Positions 47,503-56,537 of a stretch of 64,000 nt of DNA are shown piece by piece. The notes beneath the pieces are model-generated. The model had not been told where the DNA came from. It saw only the letters and a list, made by a program, of their open reading frames with translations, and did no database searches. The stretch is from an uncultured Spirochaetota bacterium (GTDB taxonomy: Bacteria > Spirochaetota > Brevinematia > Brevinematales > JAOACQ01): positions 96,001 to 160,000 of the forward strand of contig CAWIGG010000004.1 of assembly GCA_963835575.1 (NCBI GenBank), given 5' to 3'. The translations under genes were made by a program, and so were the position numbers. Within the stretch, counting starts at the first letter, position 1. Each line of letters opens with the position of its first letter.

Positions 47503-49266
47503 ATGAAAGCCAGCGATGTAAAATATTTTCTATATGTTTCTTTTTTCCTATTACTTTACGCTGTCATCTGGAGCAACCCCGCCGGGATCAGGACAGCCGG
47601 CGATCCGTCAGCCGTCCGCGGCGGGACGCTGAACCTTCATTCCCCGGAATTCCCGAAATCGTTCAATCTTTTTGTCAATAACGCGGCGGACGCGGCGGAC
47701 GTTTTTTACCTTGTCTATGACACGCTTCTTAATGTCAATCCCGGCACCCTGGAATTCGAACCGCTGATCGCGAGCGCCTGGAACGTGTCCGCCGACAAAA
47801 AAGTTTTTACCTTCACCATCGACAAACGCGCCCGCTGGTCCGACGGCAAACCGGTTACGGCGCAGGACGTTCTTTTTACATACGACACGATCATGAATAA
47901 AAGCAACCTGACCTCGGTCCAGCGCCTCAGCTTCAGCCGCTTTGAGGAACCTCAAATCATCAGCGACCGGATAATCCGGTTCAAAGCTCTTACCGTCCAC
48001 TATAACAACCTGGTCACCCTGGCTGAAATGAATATACTTCCTAAGCACCTTTATGAAGGAAAGGATTTTAATAAAAGCTTCAATATGGAACTGCCGGGGT
48101 CCAGCGGGCCTTACAGCCTTTCCGAAGTGAAGGAAGGCCGCTACTATGTCCTTGCCAGGCGGAAGGATTACTGGGCCGATGTCCTTCCATGCCGGAGATA
48201 TATGTTCAATTTCGATTTAATCAAATACAAAATCATCCGGGACAATAACGTTTCGTTCGAAGCATTTAAAAAAGGGGAATTCGACGTCTACTCAAAGGAA
48301 GTTTCAGATGTCACCCCCAAGCGCTGGGTAACGGAAACAGATTCCGAAAAATTCAAAAAAAACTATATCATCAAACAGAAAATATATAATCATGCTCCCC
48401 GCGGGTTCCGGGGACTGGCACTCAATATGAGAAATCCCCTTTTCAAGGACATCAGGGTCAGGGAGGCCCTTTTCAGGCTGCTGGACAGAAAGACCATAAC
48501 GGAGAAACTCCTCTACGGTTTTTATAAGCCCCTGACCTCCTACTGGCCGAACATCAGCGAAAACAGGGAAGTCCCTTACGACCCGCCAGTGGCCCGGAAG
48601 CTCCTCAGGGATGCGGGCTATACAAGGCTCGATAAGGACGGATATCTATTGAACGGACGGGGAGAGAAACTGGAATTTACGGTCCTTTCCAGAATGGATG
48701 AAAACAGAGAAAAATACCTGACTTTTTTCGCCGAGTCATGCAGAAAGGCCGGAGTGAAAGTAAACCTTGAATTGACATCATGGTCCACTCTGATAAAAAA
48801 AATGGACGAGTACAAATTCGACGCCGTTGATATAGCCTGGACCGGCACGCTTTTCGATGACCCTGAACAGCTCTGGCATTCCAGGCATAAGAACGAGACC
48901 GGCGGCAGCGACCTGCCGGGATACAGCAGCCCTCAGGTCGACGCCCTGATCGATTCCCTCCCGTCTGTTTTCAGCGCGAAGGAAAGAGAAAAAAAAACAA
49001 GAATGATCGATAAGATCATTTATAATGACGTCCCGTACCTCCTTTACTGGTGGCAGGATTATTATGCCCTGTTTTATAAAAACGAGTTCGGCATGCCCAA
49101 AAACGCAGTATCCAGGTTCGGTTCCGGTACATACATGATCGAAACGGAGATCATTAATTACTGGTGGTTTGATCCTGCCCGGGCGGAAAAACTTCGGGAA
49201 ACTGAAAAAACCGGCGCGGCGCTGAACCCCGAACCGCCGGAAATATATTATGATAAAATAAGATAA
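47503..49266 (+). CDS. Peptide ABC transporter substrate-binding protein 2 (paralog of 45480)
   Basis: Colinear similarity to the previous gene (FPKSFN, EGKDFNKSFNM, DPEQLWHSR, GGSDLPG). Confidence 0.92.
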   Translation: MKASDVKYFLYVSFFLLLYAVIWSNPAGIRTAGDPSAVRGGTLNLHSPEFPKSFNLFVNNAADAADVFYLVYDTLLNVNPGTLEFEPLIASAWNVSADKKVFTFTIDKRARWSDGKPVTAQDVLFTYDTIMNKSNLTSVQRLSFSRFEEPQIISDRIIRFKALTVHYNNLVTLAEMNILPKHLYEGKDFNKSFNMELPGSSGPYSLSEVKEGRYYVLARRKDYWADVLPCRRYMFNFDLIKYKIIRDNNVSFEAFKKGEFDVYSKEVSDVTPKRWVTETDSEKFKKNYIIKQKIYNHAPRGFRGLALNMRNPLFKDIRVREALFRLLDRKTITEKLLYGFYKPLTSYWPNISENREVPYDPPVARKLLRDAGYTRLDKDGYLLNGRGEKLEFTVLSRMDENREKYLTFFAESCRKAGVKVNLELTSWSTLIKKMDEYKFDAVDIAWTGTLFDDPEQLWHSRHKNETGGSDLPGYSSPQVDALIDSLPSVFSAKEREKKTRMIDKIIYNDVPYLLYWWQDYYALFYKNEFGMPKNAVSRFGSGTYMIETEIINYWWFDPARAEKLRETEKTGAALNPEPPEIYYDKIR

Positions 49267-49269
49267 ATC

Positions 49270-49500
49270 CAAACACCAAGATCACCAAGTGCAATAAGAG
49301 CCACGAACGAGGTAAAGGGAACCACAGATTGCACAGATTTCACTGATATTTCTTTGTTGTACAGACCCCAATAAGGCAGGATAGACGGCAGGCTCACTAC
49401 AAGTTTTCAGGATATGACAGGATTCTCAGTATATTGTTATCTGGAATTTTTGGAAGAAAGGTCAGCCACGGAATGACACGAAAGCACACGAAAATAAAAA
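49270..49500. repeat. Cluster of short periodic/REP-like repeats at the left boundary of the metal island
   Basis: ACCACAGATTGCACAGAT, GACCCCAATAAGGCAGGAT...CAGGAT...CAGGAT, GCCACGGAATGACACGAAAGCACACGAAA. Confidence 0.6.
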
Positions 49501-49717
49501 TTTAATAATAATCCACTATCCTTAATATTCCGAATCGTTATTATGGGGAGATATGAGTAGAAAAAGAACATTGCTTCTCCGCAAAAAGGTTGCCGGTTTT
49601 TTCCCGGCAAAAAAAAGATACTGCCATGTTCTCGTATTTTGCCGTGTCTTATTTGCAATTTTAGAGTAAATATTTTACACTTGAAACAGCCGTACTGATT
49701 CGCTCTAAAATAACAAT

Positions 49718-50152
49718 ATGCCTTCCAGGCAGAAATTGGTAAAAGAAAAGATGCCGCATAAAAAATTTATCAGTAAAGTATACAAAACCACTCGCAGTTT
49801 TTTCAAGGTATATTTTAAAAAAATTGTCCTTCTCATTACTTTTATTGCTTTCATTTCGATTTCCGTATTTTCACATCACACTCACCATGATGAGGATCTT
49901 CAAATAAAGAATTACACCGCCCATTGTCTTAAAGTGCAAAGCGCGTCTCTTCAAGACAAAGATGGGGATTTTTGTATCGCCTGTTTCTGGCAGAGCATTG
50001 CCCAATCGACTGGCATTTTCGACAAGATCGTATTACCCTATGAAAACCCTGTTCAGAATATTTTCAAACCTTCACTAAAATTCCATTCTGAAAAAATTAT
50101 TCTATCATTCCAGAACAGGGCCCCTCCGGCCCGGGTTTCCGCCGGCTGTTAA
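49718..50152 (+). CDS. DUF2946/CruR-like leader protein, putative metal-responsive ribosome-arrest peptide
   Basis: TM segment, SHHTHH, CIAC, C-terminal QNRAPP; start could be 49751. Confidence 0.7.
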   Translation: MPSRQKLVKEKMPHKKFISKVYKTTRSFFKVYFKKIVLLITFIAFISISVFSHHTHHDEDLQIKNYTAHCLKVQSASLQDKDGDFCIACFWQSIAQSTGIFDKIVLPYENPVQNIFKPSLKFHSEKIILSFQNRAPPARVSAGC

Positions 50153-50347
50153 AAAATCAATGAATATTTCATTTTCCTGCTTCGCTGTCTACAGGTCAGC
50201 TTATTCATGATCTATTAATAGTAGCGGCATAAATTTAAATATGCACTGACTGCTGTTCACTGAATAAAAAGCGGTGAATTGCGCGGGAAAAAGGCCGTTT
50301 TATGAACAGCCTTTCAAACCTAATAAATACTTTGGAGGATTACAACT

Positions 50348-51664
50348 ATGAAAAGAAACAGGATCGTTTTTACAGCCGCCGGCATCTTGATGCTTTCAGT
50401 CCTTTTTACGGGATGCGCGGCGAAAAAGCAGCCGTTCGGGTTTCAAGCCCTCAAGATAAACGGCCGGTTCGTGGATGTTTCCATTTTTAACCAGGAATAC
50501 CAGAGATTTTTCGAAAATAACCGGAGAAACGCCCTGGTAATGCGGACGCCGGATGACGAGCGCAGGGCGGAGGTCCTTGATACTGTCATTGAAAGGGAAA
50601 TCGTTGAAAATTACCTGACCAACCGCAGGGATATAGAAGTCACCGACAAGGAAGTAACGGATTTTCTCAACCGCTATGTCAAGCCGAGCATGTGTATGAA
50701 TATCAATGAGGATGATCCGGTTCTCTTGAGTATTCAGGATGTTGTTGTCAGCCAGCAGACGTTTTCCTCTATAAAATCCTACCTGCTGAGTCTGAAAATC
50801 ATACCTGAAATAGCCGCGAAGTATAATATTAAAGCCGATCCGAAAGAAGTAAAGAAGGAATATAAGCGTCAGTTTAAGGATAATTATCTTGTCTTGGGGA
50901 GGCATATAGTCCTGCCGAAATGGCAGATAAAGCTCTCCGGTGAGCTTGCGGAAAAGATGAAGAAAGAAACAGATATCGGGGACCTTGTCCGGAAATATTC
51001 CATTGATCCTTACTCTAAGAATAAAGGCGGAGCGATGGGAAACATCGCCCTTGCCGCGATAACGCCCGATTTTGCGAAAAAAATGCGGACCGTCAGGCCC
51101 GGGGAAATACTCGGACCTTACCAGGTTTCATACGGAATAGAGATCATCCGGATTGATGATGTTATCCATTTTAATCATCCTGAAAATGAGATAGAAAAAA
51201 CCATTCTGATGAAAAATTTTCATTCTTCACCTGTTTATCAAGACTGGGTTGGATCGCTGAAAGCCGGGGTTAATATAGAAATCACCGACCCGGTTTTAAA
51301 AGCATACTATTTTTTCAAAACCGGAAAATACGCGGAGGCCGCTCCCCTGTTCATTAAATTATATCAGTCCGGGAAATCACGCGATGCGCTGGACCTGGCA
51401 GCGGCCTGCTTTAAAAAAGCCGGCGACGGGGAAGAGCTTGTCCGCTGGAGCGGGGAAGGAATAAGAACGTTTCCCGGGTTCAGTCTGAATTATTATTTGT
51501 CCCAGGCCTCCGGTTTTATGATGCTTCAAAAAACAAATGAATGCCTTCTTGCCATGAAAAACGCGGAGAAAGCGGCCGGCGGACAAATCCTGAAGGAAAT
51601 AGCCGATCAATACTTTGAATTGGGTTTGACCAATGAAGGAAGTAAATATACTAACAGAAGATAA
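50348..51664 (+). CDS. Lipoprotein, SurA/PrsA-like parvulin peptidyl-prolyl isomerase with TPR-like C-terminus
   Basis: FTGC lipobox, RHIV, KYSIDPYSKNKGGAMG, GPYQVSYGIEII. Confidence 0.75.
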   Translation: MKRNRIVFTAAGILMLSVLFTGCAAKKQPFGFQALKINGRFVDVSIFNQEYQRFFENNRRNALVMRTPDDERRAEVLDTVIEREIVENYLTNRRDIEVTDKEVTDFLNRYVKPSMCMNINEDDPVLLSIQDVVVSQQTFSSIKSYLLSLKIIPEIAAKYNIKADPKEVKKEYKRQFKDNYLVLGRHIVLPKWQIKLSGELAEKMKKETDIGDLVRKYSIDPYSKNKGGAMGNIALAAITPDFAKKMRTVRPGEILGPYQVSYGIEIIRIDDVIHFNHPENEIEKTILMKNFHSSPVYQDWVGSLKAGVNIEITDPVLKAYYFFKTGKYAEAAPLFIKLYQSGKSRDALDLAAACFKKAGDGEELVRWSGEGIRTFPGFSLNYYLSQASGFMMLQKTNECLLAMKNAEKAAGGQILKEIADQYFELGLTNEGSKYTNRR

Positions 51665-51758
51665 TATCCGGCTGACTATTAAGCCTTTAGACGATAACTG
51701 TTAATTCAAAGCTTCCGCCGGAAGACAAAGAGAGGGACGGTAAAACAAAGAATTATTT

Positions 51759-51791
51759 GGCAGTTCTAAAAATGTGAGTTTTAGAACTGCC
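51759..51791. repeat. Family C hairpin between convergent genes (possible terminator)
   Basis: GGCAGTTCTAAAA-N7-TTTTAGAACTGCC perfect 13-bp IR. Confidence 0.75.
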
Positions 51792-51957
51792 CTTGATTTT
51801 GTTTCAGGAATAATAACCTTTGATGATTCAAATATGCGTGTGCCCTAAAAGACAATGATCCAGGCAATTGTACGCCTTTTTTATTAACATGCAGATTATT
51901 CGTTTCAGAGCCGCTCCCTTTCTTAACCCGGCACGAGCATTCAACAAATCAGACTAA

Positions 51958-52692
51958 TTAATATACAAACGGTTCCTTCTCTTTAAAATCGGACATAAAA
52001 GGGTTATCAGGCTCTTTGTCCGGAATTATTTTATCCGCCGCGAACATAAAATCTTCCTTGATTTCAGTGTTCGGAGTGTCCGCGATTACCGCATCCTTTT
52101 CCAGATTGTCCGGCTTAAAAGGGACAAAGTGTCCATAAACTTTCACCCAGTCTCCCATCTTATATTGACTGATATCATCCTGTTTTATCCTCAGGCCGTA
52201 AGCGCAGGAATCGTAAAAACAGCAGACCATCACGACCCTCGCGACAACAATATTACTGATTTGATCCAGTTTGCTGTTTCTGTAAATAGAGCCCCTGAAA
52301 ACGTAGTTATTTTTCCGGATGATCCCGTCCAGTTTTTTCGGCGGATTATTATAAAGTATCATAAATAGCTCGCCTAAATTGACCGGAATGTATTCCTTTC
52401 CATTCAAATTTTCCCGGGCGGCCTTTTGTACGGCATGCGATTTGACAGCCGGCGCGATTAGACAAATGATAATAAAAACTATCATCGCCAGGATCGCTGA
52501 AAATTTGACTTCAAACCGCCTGAAAAGCGTTATGACGCCGAAGAGTATCAGGAGCGCTCCGCTTCCGCCGGTCAAGAGCAAAAACTTCGGACTCAGCAAG
52601 CGGCTGTAAAATCCGCTGAAAATCAAAAATAAAATATAACCTCCCAGGACCAGAAAAGAAATGCTGCCGATAATCGATAAAAATTTTTTCAT
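51958..52692 (-). CDS. DUF1980/TIGR03943 (YcgQ-like) putative metal permease partner
   Basis: Three N-terminal TMs, VARVVMVCCFYD, GDWVKVYG; paired with a DUF318 permease. Confidence 0.8.
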   Translation of the reverse strand: MKKFLSIIGSISFLVLGGYILFLIFSGFYSRLLSPKFLLLTGGSGALLILFGVITLFRRFEVKFSAILAMIVFIIICLIAPAVKSHAVQKAARENLNGKEYIPVNLGELFMILYNNPPKKLDGIIRKNNYVFRGSIYRNSKLDQISNIVVARVVMVCCFYDSCAYGLRIKQDDISQYKMGDWVKVYGHFVPFKPDNLEKDAVIADTPNTEIKEDFMFAADKIIPDKEPDNPFMSDFKEKEPFVY

Positions 52693-52696
52693 AATT

Positions 52697-53632
52697 TCAC
52701 CTCAGGATTAAACCCAGTATATTACACACAAAGAAAATAAGGATAAACGGTATAACTGTTATGAGCGCCAGCGCCTTCTTTTTAAAAGTACCGGAATACA
52801 TCAATAGAAGCTTTAAATCCACCACCGGACCGATGGTTACAAAAGCCAGTTGAGAAAACGGCGAAAATTTCATGAAGGAAGCCGCGACAAAAGCGTCCGC
52901 CTCAGAACAGATCGAGAGCAATACCGCCAGGACCATCATAAACAGGATGGAAAGCAATGGATTCAACCCCCAGAGCATGACTACGCTTTTCGGTACAAGC
53001 ACGCTGAAGGTTGAAGCGAGGATCGCGCCCAAAATCAGATATTTCGACATCTCCAGAAATTCCCGGGAAGAATGCCTGATGATCAACAGGATTTTTTCCG
53101 GCCATGTCCGCGCTTCAATGTCCTCACAGAGGCAAAGGCCTTCATGACGCTTATGGCCGTGTTCATGTTCATCTTCTCTATCATGGTCTTTTAGTTTATC
53201 GCTATCCAGAAAGATATTGCCCTGCCCGGAAAGAACAAGACCTACTACTAAAGCTGTCAAGGCCGAAATACCGATCCTGCCCAGGACCATCCAGATATTG
53301 TAGCGGAAAGCGACATAGGTCGCCGCGATGACTATCGGATTGATAACAGGCGCTGAAAACATATAAACTACTGCAAGATAAGACGGCAGACCTTTCTTAA
53401 CCATCTTCTTCGCGATCGGAATAACTCCGCATTCGCAGGTAGGCAGCAAGAACCCCAGAAAGATGCTGATGAATAAGCCGGAAGCCTTCCTCTGAAACAG
53501 TTTTCCCCGGAACAGCTTTTCCGGTAAAAACACCTCTATAACCGATCCCAGTATCGAACCGATCAGCAGAAACGGCAGCGCTTCCAGGACTATAGCGGCT
53601 ACATCAAAAATAAATATATTGAATTTCAACAA
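52697..53632 (-). CDS. DUF318/ArsP (YcgR-like) permease with His-rich loop
   Basis: LEALPFLLIG, LPTCECGVIP, APVINP, HEHGHKRHE, SICSEADAFVA, GPVVDLK; TTG start after GAGG. Confidence 0.9.
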   Translation of the reverse strand: MLKFNIFIFDVAAIVLEALPFLLIGSILGSVIEVFLPEKLFRGKLFQRKASGLFISIFLGFLLPTCECGVIPIAKKMVKKGLPSYLAVVYMFSAPVINPIVIAATYVAFRYNIWMVLGRIGISALTALVVGLVLSGQGNIFLDSDKLKDHDREDEHEHGHKRHEGLCLCEDIEARTWPEKILLIIRHSSREFLEMSKYLILGAILASTFSVLVPKSVVMLWGLNPLLSILFMMVLAVLLSICSEADAFVAASFMKFSPFSQLAFVTIGPVVDLKLLLMYSGTFKKKALALITVIPFILIFFVCNILGLILR

Positions 53633-53797
53633 ATTTAACCTCAACCTGCCAAGGATAAACTCAAAACAATCAGTTTTTAGAATTATCCCGGCTTTTAAAT
53701 TATTTAACTGTTTCAATGAATTTAGCGGCGGCAAATACCGGCGCCCGGATGGCAGTTCCAGTTCCGGAAATACGGATTTCTGGAGCTGACCTCATTT

Positions 53798-54154
53798 TCA
53801 AACAAGCGGAGGCGCCCTCATCTGAAAATCAAAGAAATGTTTTTGAAACTGATAGGACTCTGTAATTTTAATAAAATGCTGACCTGGATTTTCATAACTT
53901 AAAAGGATTTTGTTAAAACCGCCTGTTGAAACAACGATACCGGCCCATAAACAGGCAATACAGATATGATCATCGGCGTCTTCATAAGCGGATGCTGTTT
54001 TTTTAAAAACAGCCGTTTTATTCAAATTGGAACAGCCATAACAATGCTCATGGCAGGTGTGTTCAGAAAAAACTGAAAGGGTTATGAAAGAAAACAACAA
54101 GAACAGGAGAAGGAATTTATTTAAAATAATCTTAACTGGCATATATTTCCTCAT
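53798..54154 (-). CDS. Second DUF2946/CruR-like leader protein, putative ribosome-arrest peptide
   Basis: TM segment, EHTCHEHCYGC, HICIAC, C-terminal QMRAPPLV; paralog of 49718. Confidence 0.72.
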   Translation of the reverse strand: MRKYMPVKIILNKFLLLFLLFSFITLSVFSEHTCHEHCYGCSNLNKTAVFKKTASAYEDADDHICIACLWAGIVVSTGGFNKILLSYENPGQHFIKITESYQFQKHFFDFQMRAPPLV

Positions 54155-54231
54155 TTCCGCTGAACTTAATCCCTAAGGAAAAACCGGCCCGGAAAGCCTT
54201 TGGGTCGTGCAATTACTTCCTATTTAAGACT

Positions 54232-54260
54232 ATTATAATTTTGGGTAATTGGAATGTCAA
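54232..54260 (-). promoter_or_regulatory. Consensus sigma-70 promoter for leader-permease-DUF1980
   Basis: Minus strand TTGACA-N17-TATAAT. Confidence 0.8.
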
Positions 54261-54377
54261 TGATTTAAGAGGAGTTCTAAAAACTTCGGTTTTAGAAATG
54301 TCCTTAAATCAGTATCTCAGTATCTCAGTATCTCCGCGCCTTGCGGTTAAATAATTGCTCATTTCAGGAAAGTTCAA

Positions 54378-54451
54378 AACGCCAATTGTTTGCATTTTAC
54401 TTGACACCAGGGGAATTTTTAAATATAATTATAATGCGATTGATTTGCATT
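54378..54451 (+). promoter_or_regulatory. Consensus sigma-70 promoter with flanking putative Zur/Fur operators
   Basis: TTGACA(54401)-N17-TATAAT(54424); AATGCGATTGATTTGCATT (54433-54451) and AACGCCAATTGTTTGCATT (54378-54396). Confidence 0.7.
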
Positions 54452-54529
54452 TTGATTTAGCATTCTGGAGGGCTTGTTCTATGCTAAACGCGAATGATAG
54501 ACAAACTAAAAATGAAAGAGAAGAGCGAC

Positions 54530-54784
54530 ATGAAAATTAAAAATGCATTGGAACATTTAAATGAATTATTGCCGTTAAAAGAAAGGCAAATACAGCTTGC
54601 TCAACCGTCCAAGGGTATTCATAGAGCAATATTACGATTATTTGTAGAACGGGGACATATTTTGAATAAAAAGGAAATATCCGATATGCTTGGCGGAATT
54701 GATGCCATACAAGTATTAACCCGGCTAAGCGAGGATGATTTAATTGTATTGGATGAAACTACCAATGAACCAATTTTAAATTAA
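54530..54784 (+). pseudogene. Truncated MerB (organomercurial lyase)-like N-terminal fragment
   Basis: LNELLPLKERQ...HRAILRLF...LSEDDLIVLD resembles the winged-helix N-terminus of MerB-like proteins; stops before the expected GAYP/Cys catalytic region. Confidence 0.5.
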
Positions 54785-54803
54785 AGATTAAGAGGAGTTT
54801 GTC

Positions 54804-55520
54804 ATGAAATGTATCCTTTATTTCTACGCGGTTATAGTGCCTTTATTGTTAGCAGCTGCGGTCCGCGCTTTTCCTTATTCGTTTAATGCGTATAACGGCA
54901 TGACGGGTAAAGGGGTCGTATCATTCGACCCCACATTGTCTTTTCCCATCTCACCGAAATTCGGCACGGCGGCCGACATTATCGGTTCCTATGGTCTTAC
55001 TCCCAATTTCGACCTCTTTGCGGACGTTGCGGACTTCAATCTTGCGCCGGAAGCGGGTTATGCCTATTCCTGGATTATGCCTCGTTTTGAGTTTTTGCCG
55101 AACAACATTATTGCCTTACAGTTGCAGTTTAATAACACACAGCCTATGAGCTACAACATTATGCCGCAGTACCACCTGTTTTATGAAAATGATTCTATGG
55201 CGTTTGAATTCAATGGTATCGCCACGATTCCCATAAATAATCCGTATTCTTCAACGGCCATAAGCGGAATTATCGCTCCCGTATGGAAGGCTGTTAAAGG
55301 TATTCTTTATCCTTTCATCGAAATTGATCCATCTTACGTTTTTGGTGATAAAGGCGGCTTTCACCTGAATATCGTGCCGGGAGTCTGGCTGGGCATACCG
55401 GATACCCCGCATCAGTTTTGCCTCGCGTTTACCTTGGCAGATGTTACTTCCGGGGCTTTAGGTTTTGGTGTTAATTTTTGGTATTCCATATCGTTTGTAC
55501 CGGATACAACTAACAAATAA
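54804..55520 (+). CDS. Exported protein, probable small outer-membrane beta-barrel
   Basis: Signal peptide, alternating aromatic strands, C-terminal GVNFWYSISF. Confidence 0.6.
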   Translation: MKCILYFYAVIVPLLLAAAVRAFPYSFNAYNGMTGKGVVSFDPTLSFPISPKFGTAADIIGSYGLTPNFDLFADVADFNLAPEAGYAYSWIMPRFEFLPNNIIALQLQFNNTQPMSYNIMPQYHLFYENDSMAFEFNGIATIPINNPYSSTAISGIIAPVWKAVKGILYPFIEIDPSYVFGDKGGFHLNIVPGVWLGIPDTPHQFCLAFTLADVTSGALGFGVNFWYSISFVPDTTNK

Positions 55521-55535
55521 AACGGAGGAAAATAT

Positions 55536-56438
55536 ATGAAAAGATTAGTTATCACATTACTCGGTGCGGGTTTACTTCTGCTTGCCGGTCAGTCGTTTGC
55601 GGAAGCGCAAAAAAAGACAATAGTCGTCACCTACACGGTTTTGGGTTCGCTGGTCAAAGAACTGGTCGGCGATTCTTTTGAAGTAAAAACATCCATCCCC
55701 AACGGACTCGACGTCCATGATCGGGAACCGTCGGCAAAGGACATCGAAACAATCACTAAAGCCGATCTTATTGTACAGAACGGCCTGGACCTGGAGGGTG
55801 GCTTGCAGAAGGCTCTCAAGCAGGCTAAAGATGCCGGGGTAAAATTTTTCACGGCATCTGACTACATAACCGTCAGGCATGTCGGGCAGGGAGAGGGTAT
55901 CCCCGGAGACGATCCTGATCAGGCCCTTGGAGCGGCAGATCCCCATATCTGGCTGGATCCGGTCAATATGAAATCTGTAATCCTGGCTCTGACCAAATAC
56001 ATAAAGGATAACTACTCCATCGACCTCTCTAAAAACTCATCGAAACTTACCGCAAAGCTTGATTCTCTTGATGATTCCATTAAAAAGAAAGTGTTGTCCA
56101 TTTCCCCGGGAAAAAGGAAACTGGTCACGGGACATGAATCCATGGGATATTTCGCTCAGCGTTACGGCTTTAAACTGGTGGGGGCGGTCATTCCGAGCCT
56201 TTCCACCGAAGGCCAAGTATCGGCCTCTGATATGACGGCCCTGAAAAAGCTCATCGCGGAAAACAATGTATCGGTCATTTTTATTGAATTAGGAACTCCT
56301 GAAAAAGTAGCTAAAATACTCGCCAGCGAGGCGCACGTAAAATCAGTACCGTTGATTACCCACTACCTTCTTTCGGATAATAATTATTTCACCTTAATGA
56401 ATACAATGGTTGATAAGATTACCCAGAGTTTAAAATAA
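55536..56438 (+). CDS. Zn/Mn ABC transporter substrate-binding protein (ZnuA/AztC/TroA-like)
   Basis: DVHD.EPS, NGLDLE, DPHIWLDP, VTGHESMGYFAQRYG. Confidence 0.93.
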   Translation: MKRLVITLLGAGLLLLAGQSFAEAQKKTIVVTYTVLGSLVKELVGDSFEVKTSIPNGLDVHDREPSAKDIETITKADLIVQNGLDLEGGLQKALKQAKDAGVKFFTASDYITVRHVGQGEGIPGDDPDQALGAADPHIWLDPVNMKSVILALTKYIKDNYSIDLSKNSSKLTAKLDSLDDSIKKKVLSISPGKRKLVTGHESMGYFAQRYGFKLVGAVIPSLSTEGQVSASDMTALKKLIAENNVSVIFIELGTPEKVAKILASEAHVKSVPLITHYLLSDNNYFTLMNTMVDKITQSLK

Positions 56439-56449
56439 AATCCAGATAC

Positions 56450-56485
56450 GGCTAATTCTTTCATGAAAGAATTAGCCATGTTTTT
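56450..56485 (+). terminator. Perfect 28-bp palindrome plus T-run after the binding-protein gene
   Basis: GGCTAATTCTTTCATGAAAGAATTAGCC then ATGTTTTT. Confidence 0.6.
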
Positions 56486-56537
56486 ATTGCCGTATTGAGG
56501 ACACAGGTTGATATTATTAACGGGAGTTTGAAATAAT

